Made by a program: the position numbers and the translations under genes. The notes under the pieces were generated by a model. The model was not told where the DNA came from. It did not search any database and saw nothing but the letters and a program-made list of their open reading frames with translations. A DNA stretch of 61,726 nt, counting the filler, from Asterionella formosa (lineage: Eukaryota): NCBI GenBank assembly GCA_002256025.1. It is 18 parts of 18 records of this genome, joined end to end, with 100 filler letters (N's around TTAATTAATTAA, not from the genome) between each part and the next. Parts side by side here need not be neighbours in the genome. Positions count along the whole stretch, not along the records: positions 34,403 to 37,736 come from NKIB01014232.1; positions 37,837 to 41,171 come from NKIB01014233.1; positions 41,272 to 44,603 come from NKIB01014234.1; positions 44,704 to 48,032 come from NKIB01014235.1; 14 more parts are not named here. One strand, given 5' to 3'. Every line of letters begins with the position of its first letter. Position 1 is the first letter of the stretch. Of this stretch, positions 34,403 to 45,825 are shown in pieces.

Positions 34403-36321
34403 TGCTTCCGCGCTTCTCCCTGCCCCAGCAATTATGACCTGCGAGCGTCCAGAGTCGTTTGGCCCCCACCAACGACGCTTCTCATCTCATGATCTCCATA
34501 AACTGTTCGGGAATCGAAAATTCCGCAACTACTCTATTTTCCCCACTGTCGCCGATGGCATCATACTCTCTGAGAAGTTTGAGCCTCCCATATCCATTGG
34601 TGATGTCGTCAATATGAAACGGGGCCCATCGGGGTCCCCTCTTCCCCGCCCTACTGCCATTCTCCACCGTGTTGGCGTGGACATTGGCTATGGTGATGGT
34701 CCAAGCCCAGGCGGTTACCGCTACTGTCTCATGTTAGTGGACCAATTCAGTCGAAAAACCTGGTGCTATGGGTTGAAGGATCTATCTAGCCCCTCCATCA
34801 CTGACGCCTTCTGGCGCTTCTTTGTCGATTCGGGCGGTTTTCCCCGGGTTATCCAATGCGATTTCGATCATAAATTTTTAGGGGGCCCGACCTACAAACT
34901 CCTTGTTTCTAAGGGCATTCGGGTCAATGCCGCTCCCCCCTACCGCCAATCGCAAAACGGCCTCGTGGAATCTCACTGGCGGGTTGCTGTCTCTATGGCT
35001 CGCTCCTTCCTTGCCGAAGCGTCACTGCCCAAGCGCTATTGGTTCTGGGCGGTGCGGGAAGCCTCCCTCCGCATGAATATGGTCCCCTGTCTCCATGGCA
35101 GCACAACCCAGTATACCACCCCATTTGAATTATTCTATGGCACTAAACCTAACCTCCGCACCCTTTTTCCTTTTGGCTGCATTGGTTACTATCGTCGCCC
35201 CCGCGACAGCACACGTGGCGCCCGCACCCAGTTCGAAAGTCAGAGCTTCACAGGCATCGCCTTAGGTCGGGCAGATACAGCAAATGGAATGCTCTTCTGG
35301 AATCCCACCCTTGGTCGTTTCTGCGTCTCTGCGGATTACTCCCTAGACGTTACCCGTGCCATCGCTGACCCCTTCCCCGACATCATCTACGATGGCGGCC
35401 TTCACCTGCGGCTATACACTGACTCCACCACCACGGCGGCTGAACCATACCCCCCTGGCAGTACGGCGTTTGTCCGTCTGACCCCTCAGGGCGACGTGGC
35501 CGAGGGCCTCATCAACTCGGTCCCTACCTCGTCCGTTCGTTTTTACACGGTTGACCTCCTGGATGGCGCATCTATCACCGCCTCCTTTACTGACCTCATC
35601 TCCCCCGACGAGGCCATTAACCCGGCATTTTCCCAACATTCCCCTGATGGTTCCCATGATGGCGACCCCCTTACTCCCCTCCTCCCTCCTTGGATGATGG
35701 TTGGTTCTAAAGTCACTATCGCCCTGGACGGTGCCTTTGTCCGTGGCACCCTTGATGTGGATTCTGATTTTGATTGGCTTTTTATTCGGCGCAACTCCGC
35801 TGGCCAAATTATTCACCAACACAGCCTTGTCGACCTCCCTTACACCTGGCGGCAACGCCTTCACGAAGAAACCCTCCTGACTGGGTGGAACACTCTTCCC
35901 TCCCCGGGCCCTCCCACTACCATCCTTGGCCATGGCCACCATGTGTCGGCCGCTACCCTTCATCATGAATGCCCCCCCACACTGGCCCGGGCCCTCCTTC
36001 CCACCTCTCCCGACCGCCTCGTCTGGTTGGACTCCTACCGTGAAGAATACGACTCCCTCTGTGACCAGCAAACGTTCTCCGTCATCACTCAGGCTGATCT
36101 ATCCCTCCTGTCCTGCAAGGTTCTCCCCTGTATGACCGTCCTCACTGTTAAACGCGATGAACTTGGCCACCCCGTCCGCGCGAAATCACGCATCGTGGTC
36201 CTTGGCAACCTCGAGGAGACCTACTGGTCCAAATCCGACACCTACGCCCCTGTCCTCAGTCAGGTTTCTCTTCGGCTCCTCCTCTCCCTGGCCATTGAGC
36301 GTCGTTGTGTCCTCCACCAGG
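34403..36321 (+). mobile_element. Ty1/copia pol fragment (integrase core to start of RT), open reading frame
   Basis: VGVDIGYG, LMLVD..SRKTW.YGL, IQCDFD.KF, QSQNGLVE..W, KRYWFWAV, TPFELFYG.KP, LFPFGC.GYY, then RT start AKSRIVVLGN.E...YAPV. Confidence 0.9.
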
Positions 36322-36660
36322 GCCTTTTAACTCAAATATTATTTCAGTTTTTGTGTCAATAATCTTACTTTCATTCGTTTTGATGATGGTTTGATATAGA
36401 TTTATATAGGGATTATTTACGTTCGTCACTAATTAGTGTTCTGCTTACATCAGGCTACTGGTTTGGTATTACTACTATGACAGATGTCAGCCAGCAAGCG
36501 AGAATTTTTTGTTTGATTGCTTTTTTTCTTCTCCACCTTTGCCTCCACCTTGCTCCGCTTCCGCTTCCGCTTCCGTTTCCGCTTCCGCTTCCACTTCCGC
36601 TTCCGCTTCCGCTTCCGCTTCCACTTCCGCTTCCGCTTCCGCTTCCGCTTCCGCTTCCGC
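36321..36660 (-). repeat. Shared transposon 3' segment plus a (GAAGCG)n hexamer array
   Basis: 36322-36565 is near-identical to the reverse complement of 51826-52056. About 18 CTTCCG units span 36554-36660. Confidence 0.85.
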
Positions 36661-37736
36661 CTCGTGGTGCAGTTGTAGACTCTAGCAGTCTGAGTTTTGC
36701 AACATTTGACTTCTCAAATGATTCCAATGCACTTGCAAGATTTTGAGAAGATGATGTAGGTTTTTGCGTCAAGATTGCATGTCTTCCCTTCTTTCTAACA
36801 CTGAAATTGCTTGAAGATTTTGATTTTGATGACAATGTGGTGGCAGTATCGTCAATATCTATACTCTCACGGAAGGCATATTTTGGTAACAGTGGTAAAG
36901 CAAAATTCAATTGATGTGGAACTTGACACAACCAAAGATGGTAGTAAAATAGGAAATGATGTGACCCAACAAATTTGACAAAATCATCATGATTGCCTGA
37001 TTGTTTGTTTTTTCGATAGGCAACTTGATAATGATGATTAATGTATCAAATTACCAATGAAAAGTCTTTGGAAGTGAGGACATCATATTTTTTTGCGTAG
37101 TCAGCATCAATTCCAACTTGGTCCCAGTATTCATCTTCGGGAAATGCTAGAATGATGCAGTCGTCATCCTCATCATCATTATATGTGACAACAAGTCGAT
37201 CAAAAATGAACTTGTGTCGAAATCTTCTTGCATCAAGTTCAGCCAGAGTTGGTGGCTGACCTAGACGAAAAACATCACTGCGATGCTTGTTGCACATGTA
37301 GACATTAATGACACGGAAGTATGTGTTGATGCAGGTCACAGCATCTGGAGGGGTTGACTTTGCCTGTGCCTTATTCTTTTTCGCCTTTTTTACAGGAGGG
37401 TTCACTTCCTCTTGTTCAAACTGAGGATCGACCAAAGACTCATGTGGCTGCACTGCTGTTGCCTCTTGAACTTTGTCGTTCCTTTCATCATTATCATCTT
37501 CGCAATCTTCATCGACTTTGAATTCCTCATCATTAATTGATGAATCTTCGTGATTTTCATTATCACTATCCAATTCAATGTCTGATTCATTGACATTGAA
37601 AGATCTAGGGTATATCCTCTGTGACAAGCTGTCTCTCTTCAAAAGTCGAGCAATCAAAGCAACAGTGAAAGCCTTCTTCGCATTTTTGTATCCAGAAACT
37701 TTGTATCTGACGCAAATTTTTCGGAGAACCTTGACC
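36661..37736 (-). pseudogene. Transposon accessory ORF (probable Harbinger-type ORF2), one internal TGA
   Basis: ORFs 37046-37657 and 36455-36931 share a frame separated by a single TGA. KQSGNHDDFVKFVG....FYYHLWL...P resembles stramenopile Harbinger-associated ORF2 proteins (recalled, not searched). Confidence 0.5.
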
Positions 37737-40700
37737 NNNNNNNNNNNNNNNNNNNNNNNNNNNNNNNNNNNNNNNNNNNNTTAATTAATTAANNNNNNNN
37801 NNNNNNNNNNNNNNNNNNNNNNNNNNNNNNNNNNNNTTTGAGAAAGACCGGAGGGCTGAAAGTCGTTGGGATCGAAATCAGTGTCTGAGTCGCTTTCCGT
37901 CATGTTCCGACGAAAACAAGTGGGCACTATCTGCCGTTGGTTCAATGGTGGTGATGCGCAGATGAGGGATACTAAATAACAAATGCGGTGGAAGCTCTGG
38001 AATCATTTGGAATGCGAACTCTAAGAAAGCGGGATGATTGCTGAAATAAGACGAGATTATGTATATTAGAGTTTCTGTACACGCATATAATTATTAAACA
38101 GACTCTCAACAGTTCTGCCTTCGTGTCCATTATAATGATGCATTACGGAATGCTGAATATTTAACATGTATACCACATTGATACATACATTCCGGTACAT
38201 GGACATACATATTATTTTATGTAAGCAAGATATTGATGAGCGAAACCAAATTACGGCTGGTGACCAACTCGAGTGCGTACCGTTAAGGGTAGAATCGGTA
38301 CGTGCATTCTTGTGTGCAGAATTATGTACAATGGGTACCCACCTTTATTGTTGTCCTCCTTTAATTCTTCTTCTTTGTCATATCAATACTTTGGTGAACA
38401 ACTCTCACAGAATTGGATTTTTCGCGTTATCTGGCAGTGGTCCCTAATCAATTCTTGCTTAGCTTCCACATGAATTGTACTTCTTCATTGTTATGATAGA
38501 CTTTTTCCAACAACAACTCAAAACAGAATGCTGGTCCTTTTTCATTCTTCAAGTTGATACAAATCGGAAAATTTTTTGAGTTGAACTGCCAGCAGACTCA
38601 AACAGAATTTTGTTTTCCATATGAACTATTAGTCTTCTTTTGTGATAATGGAGCAAATCAAAACAGTTTATTTGTACTATAGGTTTAGTTGATGCAAAAT
38701 CAAATTGTTTTATTAAAGTAAACTTTGACAGGCTCAAACCAAATTTTGATTACGATCTGAATTGATATTCGTTGTCAAGACGAGAGATTGTGATTCATGT
38801 TCAGTAACTAGATTTGCAAATCATCATTGGTCAATAAGAGTAACAGTCTTTCTAAATTAGTAAGGGAATATTCGAAATTGAAAGCTGATCTATCTTACCC
38901 AGCAGGCATGGCAGGAATCATTGGGAAGGAGTCAGAATTGAAAAGGTGACATAAAATATACATTACCTGAATTTCCAGGTTACAAAGAAGTGTAGACATC
39001 TAGACTATAGTCACACGTTGCATTGAGTGCAATGGATATGGGATGGTGTATGATCTCATTCACCGATACTGTGATTCCCAATTCCGACAGCAAGTAAGTC
39101 ATTCAACGAATTCTGGATTCCGTCTTCTGGAAGACTCGCTCGCTCTTTTGTATAAGTCATCGTATTTACATATAATGTTTGTAGATGACCTGCTTACTAT
39201 ATGTCAAGGTGTTTGGTAAAACTGATAGGCATGGCATGATGATTTAAACTTATCACAGCCACCTTGAAGTTGAAATACCGGTAGCGGAAGGCAATCTTAT
39301 TGTCATGCTTGTATACATAGACGAATGTCTAGCGACGATAATAGAACAAATCCTCGCCACATTTAAAATTATTCATACCGTAATAAATGCATAAAATCTA
39401 TGGAGCAAGCCTCCTGAAGGTAAGACACGACCGAGGGTGACTAGAGACTGCCTGCGAGTATTCTTTTGTTCGAGGCTTGGGAGGCGCGAGATAGTTGACC
39501 AAATGAGTGCGATAGTTCGTATGTTGGATGCAAACTAGCCAATTGCCCTTCATATAATAGATATATTGCATATTTCATATGTACAGTTTCTGGACTATTC
39601 AATCCTGCAATTGCCTGTCATATAAAACATATGAAGTATATTTCAAATGCTCCGTTTTGGGACTGCTAAAAAATCAGATCTCGGCAGCAAGATTTAGTGC
39701 TCATGTTTTAGCTTGCTTCCACTGCTTTCTAATCACAATATTACTTTTGTTCCTTCAATATAATCATCTACAATGACAACAAAAAGTTGTCAATCTCAAT
39801 GAGCTATCTCGAACTCAGCAAAGCAGCCAGAACATGATGGTACCGTTGTTCTGCATGAACTCGCATTCAACAAGGAAAAGAGGACAGATATGTGCTTGTT
39901 GATTGTTGCTGTCATGTTTGAGTTCCCGCCATGGTGGAGCATACTAATTATAATACATATTCTTTCTCTTCAGAATGTTGATGAAGGCACCTGTCACCAT
40001 GTTACTCCTCCACTTCCTGACAATGCCACCAAGTCACCATTCACTAGTCAAACCCTTGTCCAGCCAATGAGGTAAAGTATATTGCCAGTTGCTTGTTATT
40101 GTTTTTCACAAGGTATAATAGAAATGCATTGACATTATTCGTTTCTTTTTCTTGTTTCCCAATGCTAGCAAAGCCACTTAATTCGAAACTTGCACGAAGA
40201 TTGTAAAGTCTTCAGGATGCCAACAATGTCGGCAACACATCTCGCCAGCACCAACAAAGTATCACTCCATTGCTCCCTGTCATCCTTCTTCTCAAACTTG
40301 TCCTCCTAAAGTTACAAGCCACAAGCACCCACATCAGCCAGTACATTTTTCGATGCATCCTGCTCCTCCTCCTGCCAGATACTACCAGCAGCCTGCACCC
40401 CCAGCACCAAAACTCCACTATCAACAAGCTGTTGCTCCTCCACCACCACAACTCGAAATCAATTAATCCAGAAACCACTCCCTCCAAATCTATGCATGCA
40501 TCGGTTTCTGCTGCTCCAGGCCCGATCTGACCATTTCTGAAATTTCATTGCGACAGCAAAAAAGTGTGAGTTGACATTACGTTGCTTGATGGTCCCCTGC
40601 TCAAACCTAAAATTGGGCCGAAAAATCCAATTTGCCCCTAAAAAAATTACTTAAGAAATACCAAAAATTACTTAGACACACCCACAGTTCTCATCGAAAA

Positions 40701-42220
40701 GCAAGACGATAGCTGGAGCGGGAATTGCTCCCGGAAAAACTACCGGTATTTGGTACAAGAGAAGGCCCTGACATCTTAATTTCGTGCATAAGTTGAAACA
40801 CATAGAGATTCCTGATTCCTGATCAGGTTATGACTGTCAATATATTTTCGCCTCTAGTGACCTGATTAGGAACATGTACCACAATCCACTAGATGATTGA
40901 TTCAAGATTACATGGTTAAATATCGCGTGTAAAATGCCACAGTTGAGAGAGGAACTTTCAGGAGAAGTTCTCTCTAACCTGTTAATTGGACTCTAGTAGA
41001 AGACGATCAGACCTAGAAGCCAAATCAATAAATGATTGACTAGACAATTACAGATATGTCCGCAACATCAAGGAACATTAAAGAAGCAAACTAGATATGA
41101 TCTAGTTATGATTAACAGGATCATTCTGTAAGTAGTCTTCGATCAAACAGCATCTGGCCTAAGTTGAGACANNNNNNNNNNNNNNNNNNNNNNNNNNNNN
41201 NNNNNNNNNNNNNNNTTAATTAATTAANNNNNNNNNNNNNNNNNNNNNNNNNNNNNNNNNNNNNNNNNNNNATCGTGCGTACAGTTATGGTTTAATTAAA
41301 CCAAAAAATTAAACCCCCAGTTAAACCGGGTTTAATTTTTCTACTGGCAAATACTATTGTAACACGGTGCTTCCACTAGTATTTTCAGATCAATACCGTG
41401 CCAGTATTAACATGACCCAGTAGACACATACCAGAGGCCTACGGGAAAATACAACTTGGGTTTAATTTTACCAATTACGGTACGGTATAGTAAAAAATAA
41501 TTTAGAGAGTAACAAATATATTATGATAACCGAGCAGCAATGAAATTCAGCATCTAATTAATCATCATGAGTTTGGAGTACCCGCCCTGGTACCCCTAGT
41601 ACCAGGGTGGTACCAGGTACATGGTTTCCTGTTGTTGATATGTATTTAGAAGAATGATGTTGATGGCTGCAAAGCAAGGGACCAGGATCGAGCAACTGGC
41701 GCAGCAGGCGACACGATACATGATACTATCCAGCGACATCACATATACCGCTGATACCGGTGTATGTATCAAGTACAATACTGTACCTGGTACCATGTAC
41801 CTGGTACCAGGTGCCTGTTTTGTAATGGACCTACCAGCATCTATGATGAGACAATGCATCGCTCAATGATCAGTACCTGGTACTAGTACAGTACCAGGTA
41901 CCAGGGTGAACCAGGGTTGCAGTACCAGGTACCTAGACCTGGTACCTGGTACGCAAATCGCGAATCATCGTTTCCATGTCCATGTTCTTTTAATGATTGT
42001 TACTGTAGAGGGTTGTATAGGATCATATATATTTATAGACAAGACGACGCTGGAAGTTTATTTCTTTGATTTTAGAAAATATGTACCGGCAGGAAGAATG
42101 GAATGATACATACCGGTACCATCGTTTTTGCTAGATACGACCACACTATGTAGAAGGAGGTATACTTTTGTCATTATCGTATTTATTTAATACACGCACA
42201 CAAAAGCAAAGGCTCATGCG

Positions 42221-42940
42221 ATGACAGCACAGTCAGCATCATCCTCAACCGAACATTGCAAAGCGATAACACCATTTCTGACAGTTCATGATGCTCCGGT
42301 TTATTTTCAAGAAGATTGGAACACAGGAATTGGTGGAGGGTTGTGGTCCACTGGCCTGGCCATGGCACATTATTTCTGTTCCGAGTCGGCGAGAAACTCC
42401 GTTATGCGACTAGCAGCACCCGCGGAAACGAAGAAGCCGTTACGAGTGCTGGAGCTGGGAAGTGGAAATGGATTTTTATCAGTTTGTTTACTAGCCATGG
42501 CACGAGACTACATCGACACTTTGGTTGTCACAGATGTTGCCGATCATTTGCCATTAATAGAAAAGACTGTGGCAGCAAACCAGCATTTGATAGTTGCAGC
42601 TGATGACCATCATCCTGTTACGAAAATTATTATCAAAGAACATAACTGGGGAGAATTTGAAAACAACATGGAGGAGACATTCAACTTGATTCTTGGTTCA
42701 GACGTTGCCTATCGTCCTTACCTATACGACCCTTTGATATCGTCTCTATCACATTATTCCGATTCCAACACCATATCGTTGATTGGAGTCACCATGAGTG
42801 ATACCACACCTGCATTTTTCGTCAAGCTGCAAAAGGCAGGCTTTTCTTACACGAGATTGAATGATTTCTTAATGCATACAAACTTTCAAGGGACTACCTT
42901 TGCCATTTTTGTCATTCGAAAAAAGGCAAATGTCTTGTAA
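42221..42940 (+). CDS. SAM-dependent protein methyltransferase, family 16 (METTL21-like)
   Basis: GIGGGLW.TG, VLELGSGNG, VVTD, WG, ILGSDVAY. Confidence 0.9.
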   Translation: MTAQSASSSTEHCKAITPFLTVHDAPVYFQEDWNTGIGGGLWSTGLAMAHYFCSESARNSVMRLAAPAETKKPLRVLELGSGNGFLSVCLLAMARDYIDTLVVTDVADHLPLIEKTVAANQHLIVAADDHHPVTKIIIKEHNWGEFENNMEETFNLILGSDVAYRPYLYDPLISSLSHYSDSNTISLIGVTMSDTTPAFFVKLQKAGFSYTRLNDFLMHTNFQGTTFAIFVIRKKANVL

Positions 42941-43018
42941 GTTATCTAGACAAAATGATCTTTTTGGCTTTTGAATGTTTCTTTACCTGATAGTGAGAGT
43001 TGTATGGAACTACATATT

Positions 43019-43771
43019 TCATACAGCATCTCTGGAACGAATCGTGGGAGGATTCATCCATGACGGTTCCGTCACTTTCGGTTTCCCATCCCCTCTCACA
43101 AGAGCTCCACCATCTTGTGGGGAAAATATCAATGCTCCACCATCTATACAATACCGTTCCCCGGTCACAAATGCTGGAGTTCCAACAAACAATCGTCCAT
43201 CTTGAAAGACATCTCCCAAATGTCCACCACAATTGGCACATCGAACTTCAGCCCCACCAAGGGTCTTTTGAAGGGCTCCTACTGATTCTACTTGTACATT
43301 GCTGGTATCTACACTCGATGCAAAGCTGGGCCATCCTGTTCCTGAATGAAATTTAGCCGAAGATGTAAAGAGGGGAGTAAAACATCCAGCGCATTGGTAC
43401 ATTCCTGTTCGTTCTTCGCTTTCCAAGACGGACGTGTTTGGGCGTTCTGTCCCGCCTTGGCGTAGAATATAATATTGTTGAGGAGATAAAAGGTACCTCC
43501 ATTCCTCATCTGAATGTTGAATGCGATACCCAATGGATCGGTCCTGGCTCATGGCCTGCGATGTTTTTGGTAGTGCAGTCATCCCAGCAGCAGCGCTGGC
43601 GACACAGAGAATGGATTGCCGTCTTGTGATATCTTCATTGTTTGTTGCTCGGAGGAGCGACGAGCTTTCTTGAATCGGACGGATGACGGAGCTTGTCCAG
43701 GAGTGGATGACCGTCAATGAACAAAGCAAGCAACAATGAAAAAAAAGTATCAACATCAATCGGCCTGTCAT
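43019..43771 (-). CDS. msrB: Peptide methionine sulfoxide reductase B, plastid-targeted
   Basis: EWR..LSP.QY.ILRQ.GTERP, CAGC, KFHSGTGWPSF, EVRCANCGGHLGDVF.DG and RYCIDG. N-terminal signal peptide followed by a transit-like region. Confidence 0.93.
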   Translation of the reverse strand: MTGRLMLILFFHCCLLCSLTVIHSWTSSVIRPIQESSSLLRATNNEDITRRQSILCVASAAAGMTALPKTSQAMSQDRSIGYRIQHSDEEWRYLLSPQQYYILRQGGTERPNTSVLESEERTGMYQCAGCFTPLFTSSAKFHSGTGWPSFASSVDTSNVQVESVGALQKTLGGAEVRCANCGGHLGDVFQDGRLFVGTPAFVTGERYCIDGGALIFSPQDGGALVRGDGKPKVTEPSWMNPPTIRSRDAV

Positions 43772-43943
43772 GATCTCATCGAGCTGCTCCTTTCTTTACT
43801 AAATCTCGGCACAGATAACAAAATTTATATCCTACTTTATTCACTTATTACCTGGTGCCTGGTACCACAACGTTATGCTACGAGCTCTGGTACCAGGTGA
43901 GCAATCCTGCACATCGATACAGATATATATAGAGTTGGGGTTA

Positions 43944-44603
43944 TGTCAAATATATCGGAATTCAATAATGAGAGAACTCGACTAACACCCATTCTATACT
44001 TTGATGTCAGTTCAGGAAATGAGTTATACATAAGGATTAATTAATAAGCTCATATATTCAACAAATACTATTACTTCTAGTTAGATACTTCACTTTGAAT
44101 TCAAAAAGAGTCGAATTAGAAGACAACAAACATGGCAATGTATTCAAGGGTTCCTGTGATTCCTTTGATCAAAGACTACAATGTATTGACTATCAAAACT
44201 AAAACGTTCAGAGTTGCTTTAACCGGTGGAAGGTTTGAATCGTTTGATCAAGATATGATCGATGGAAGCTCAGTGGAAGCATTGTTAATTGGAGTGAGTC
44301 AATTTCGTGATATGGCTAACACATGTGACTTTAGCCCTGCAGATACCTTTTCCTATTTTAAAAGGTGTTTGACAGACATTGCCTTATCGGATTGGTTGAA
44401 TGTGGAAGTACACCCAGAAGATCAATCTTACGATAGTTTCGAAGAAGCGATGGCTTTATGGTTAGACGATCGTTTACCAAATGAGAGTTTTCAACATCAA
44501 CGACAATGGATGCTACGTTATTTATCTAAACCCTTTTCCATGTTGGTAATGGATTACGGAGCTCGTATTAAAACTTTAAACAGGCTACTTCAACTAATGC
44601 CTC
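43944..44603 (+). mobile_element. Probable Ty3/gypsy 5' end: candidate 120-nt LTR (43944-44063) and gag (44132 to contig end)
   Basis: Gag-like F.YFKRCL...A..DW...QRQWM.R...KP.SM.V.DY.ARI..LN.LL..MP. The candidate LTR has imperfect inverted ends TGTCAAATATAT/ATATATTCAACA. Confidence 0.55.
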
Positions 44604-44893
44604 NNNNNNNNNNNNNNNNNNNNNNNNNNNNNNNNNNNNNNNNNNNNTTAATTAATTAANNNNNNNNNNNNNNNNNNNNNNNNNNNNNNNNNNNNNNNNN
44701 NNNCCAGGTTCTACGGAATAGCTGTAAAAGATAATGGCTTCTTAATCAGGGCAGAAAAATGGGGAGTTTTGTCTCCCCAAAAATTGGACTATCAAGAAAA
44801 GACGACGCTTGTACAAACCGAATGTTTGTTTGATCCTGTTCTGTGAATCATTTGTCGTCGTATGTACTGCTGGGGGTACCTGGTACTCCCTGG

Positions 44894-45050
44894 TACCAGT
44901 AAAAAACTGCTGTGACCCACTAAAAAAAATTTGGAACCGCTGTGACCCACTGAACAGGAAAAAAGCACGGTTTGACCCTAGCAAATGCAGATTTGCTAAT
45001 TTTAAAATTTCGACCCTAATCCTGAGCATGTACGCTTTAAGGCTATGCCA
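44894..45050 (+). mobile_element. DNA-transposon end of the TA-CCA family
   Basis: TA+CCAGTAAAAAACTGCTGTGACCCAC with an internal direct repeat GCTGTGACCCACT; similar to 6412. Confidence 0.5.
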
Positions 45051-45074
45051 TGATTAGATATAAGTTTATAACAA

Positions 45075-45825
45075 TTGGTTTGCTCCAAGTGACTTTCGTC
45101 CATTTAGATTCTTACGAGGATGTAGTTTCCACACTTTGCGGGAGTAGAAGTTTTCAATCTCAGCTTTGATTGCCTTGGTCCATTCGTCTTTTTCGTTACT
45201 CAGTAGTGCCTGCTTGTAGCTCTTGGGTTCCAGTGGGTCAGAAGCTAGGCTCGTTAAATGTGCTTATTCGTTAGGTTGGTGCTCTTCGAGGTTTTCATTC
45301 GTGTCGTCATCCAAAATAAGCGTGCGTGCTGCGGATGAGTGCTGACGTGTACCTGCACGAGTAGGTGTAGGCGAGGTCACAAGGCCTGTTGATTGCCTAT
45401 TCAATTCTCGATCTAGCTTTATAAATTTCGTAGCATAATTCGTACGATGCTCGTTCGTATTCATACCACCTGCGACGGAATCTGCAAAGCTCACTCCTTT
45501 GGGAGTACTGGGATCGTCCGGTTTCGTTGGTAGATGCGTATCATCGCCTTGTTCGTCAGGAGGTATTGCGTTGGAAGGTTTGGTAAGAGTGTAAAATTCT
45601 TCATCTATACCGGATCCGTCTGTGGTGAATTCGTCCATGTCCGCTGTCGGTTTGGCATTTCCATGCCAGTCGGCCCATTTAAGGTCTTTTGTGTTGAAGA
45701 CCTTTTTCGTGGCAACGTTGTACATGCGGTAGGTATCACCGGCGTGGTCATGGCTGTATCCCCAAGCACGACACATTTGACACTTTTTGGGGTTAGTTTC
45801 TGCCTTGGCATCCGAATCGTGGCCC
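45075..45825 (-). mobile_element. Decayed Ty1/copia pol fragment (integrase C-terminal region to RT start)
   Basis: KLTPKSVKCVVLG/YSHDHAGDTYRMYN..TKK (frameshifted), then LASDPLEPKSYKQAL....EWTKAIKAEIENF..RKVW. Confidence 0.85.

Noticed and set aside
36455..36931. GSGSGS linker protein
   Set aside because: Translation of a GAAGCG microsatellite at a mosaic junction. The related copy on contig 16 reads EAEAE in another frame.
37837..41171. Genes on contig 12
   Set aside because: Only short, broken ORFs with no recognisable motif. Probably decayed repeat DNA; no call is supportable.
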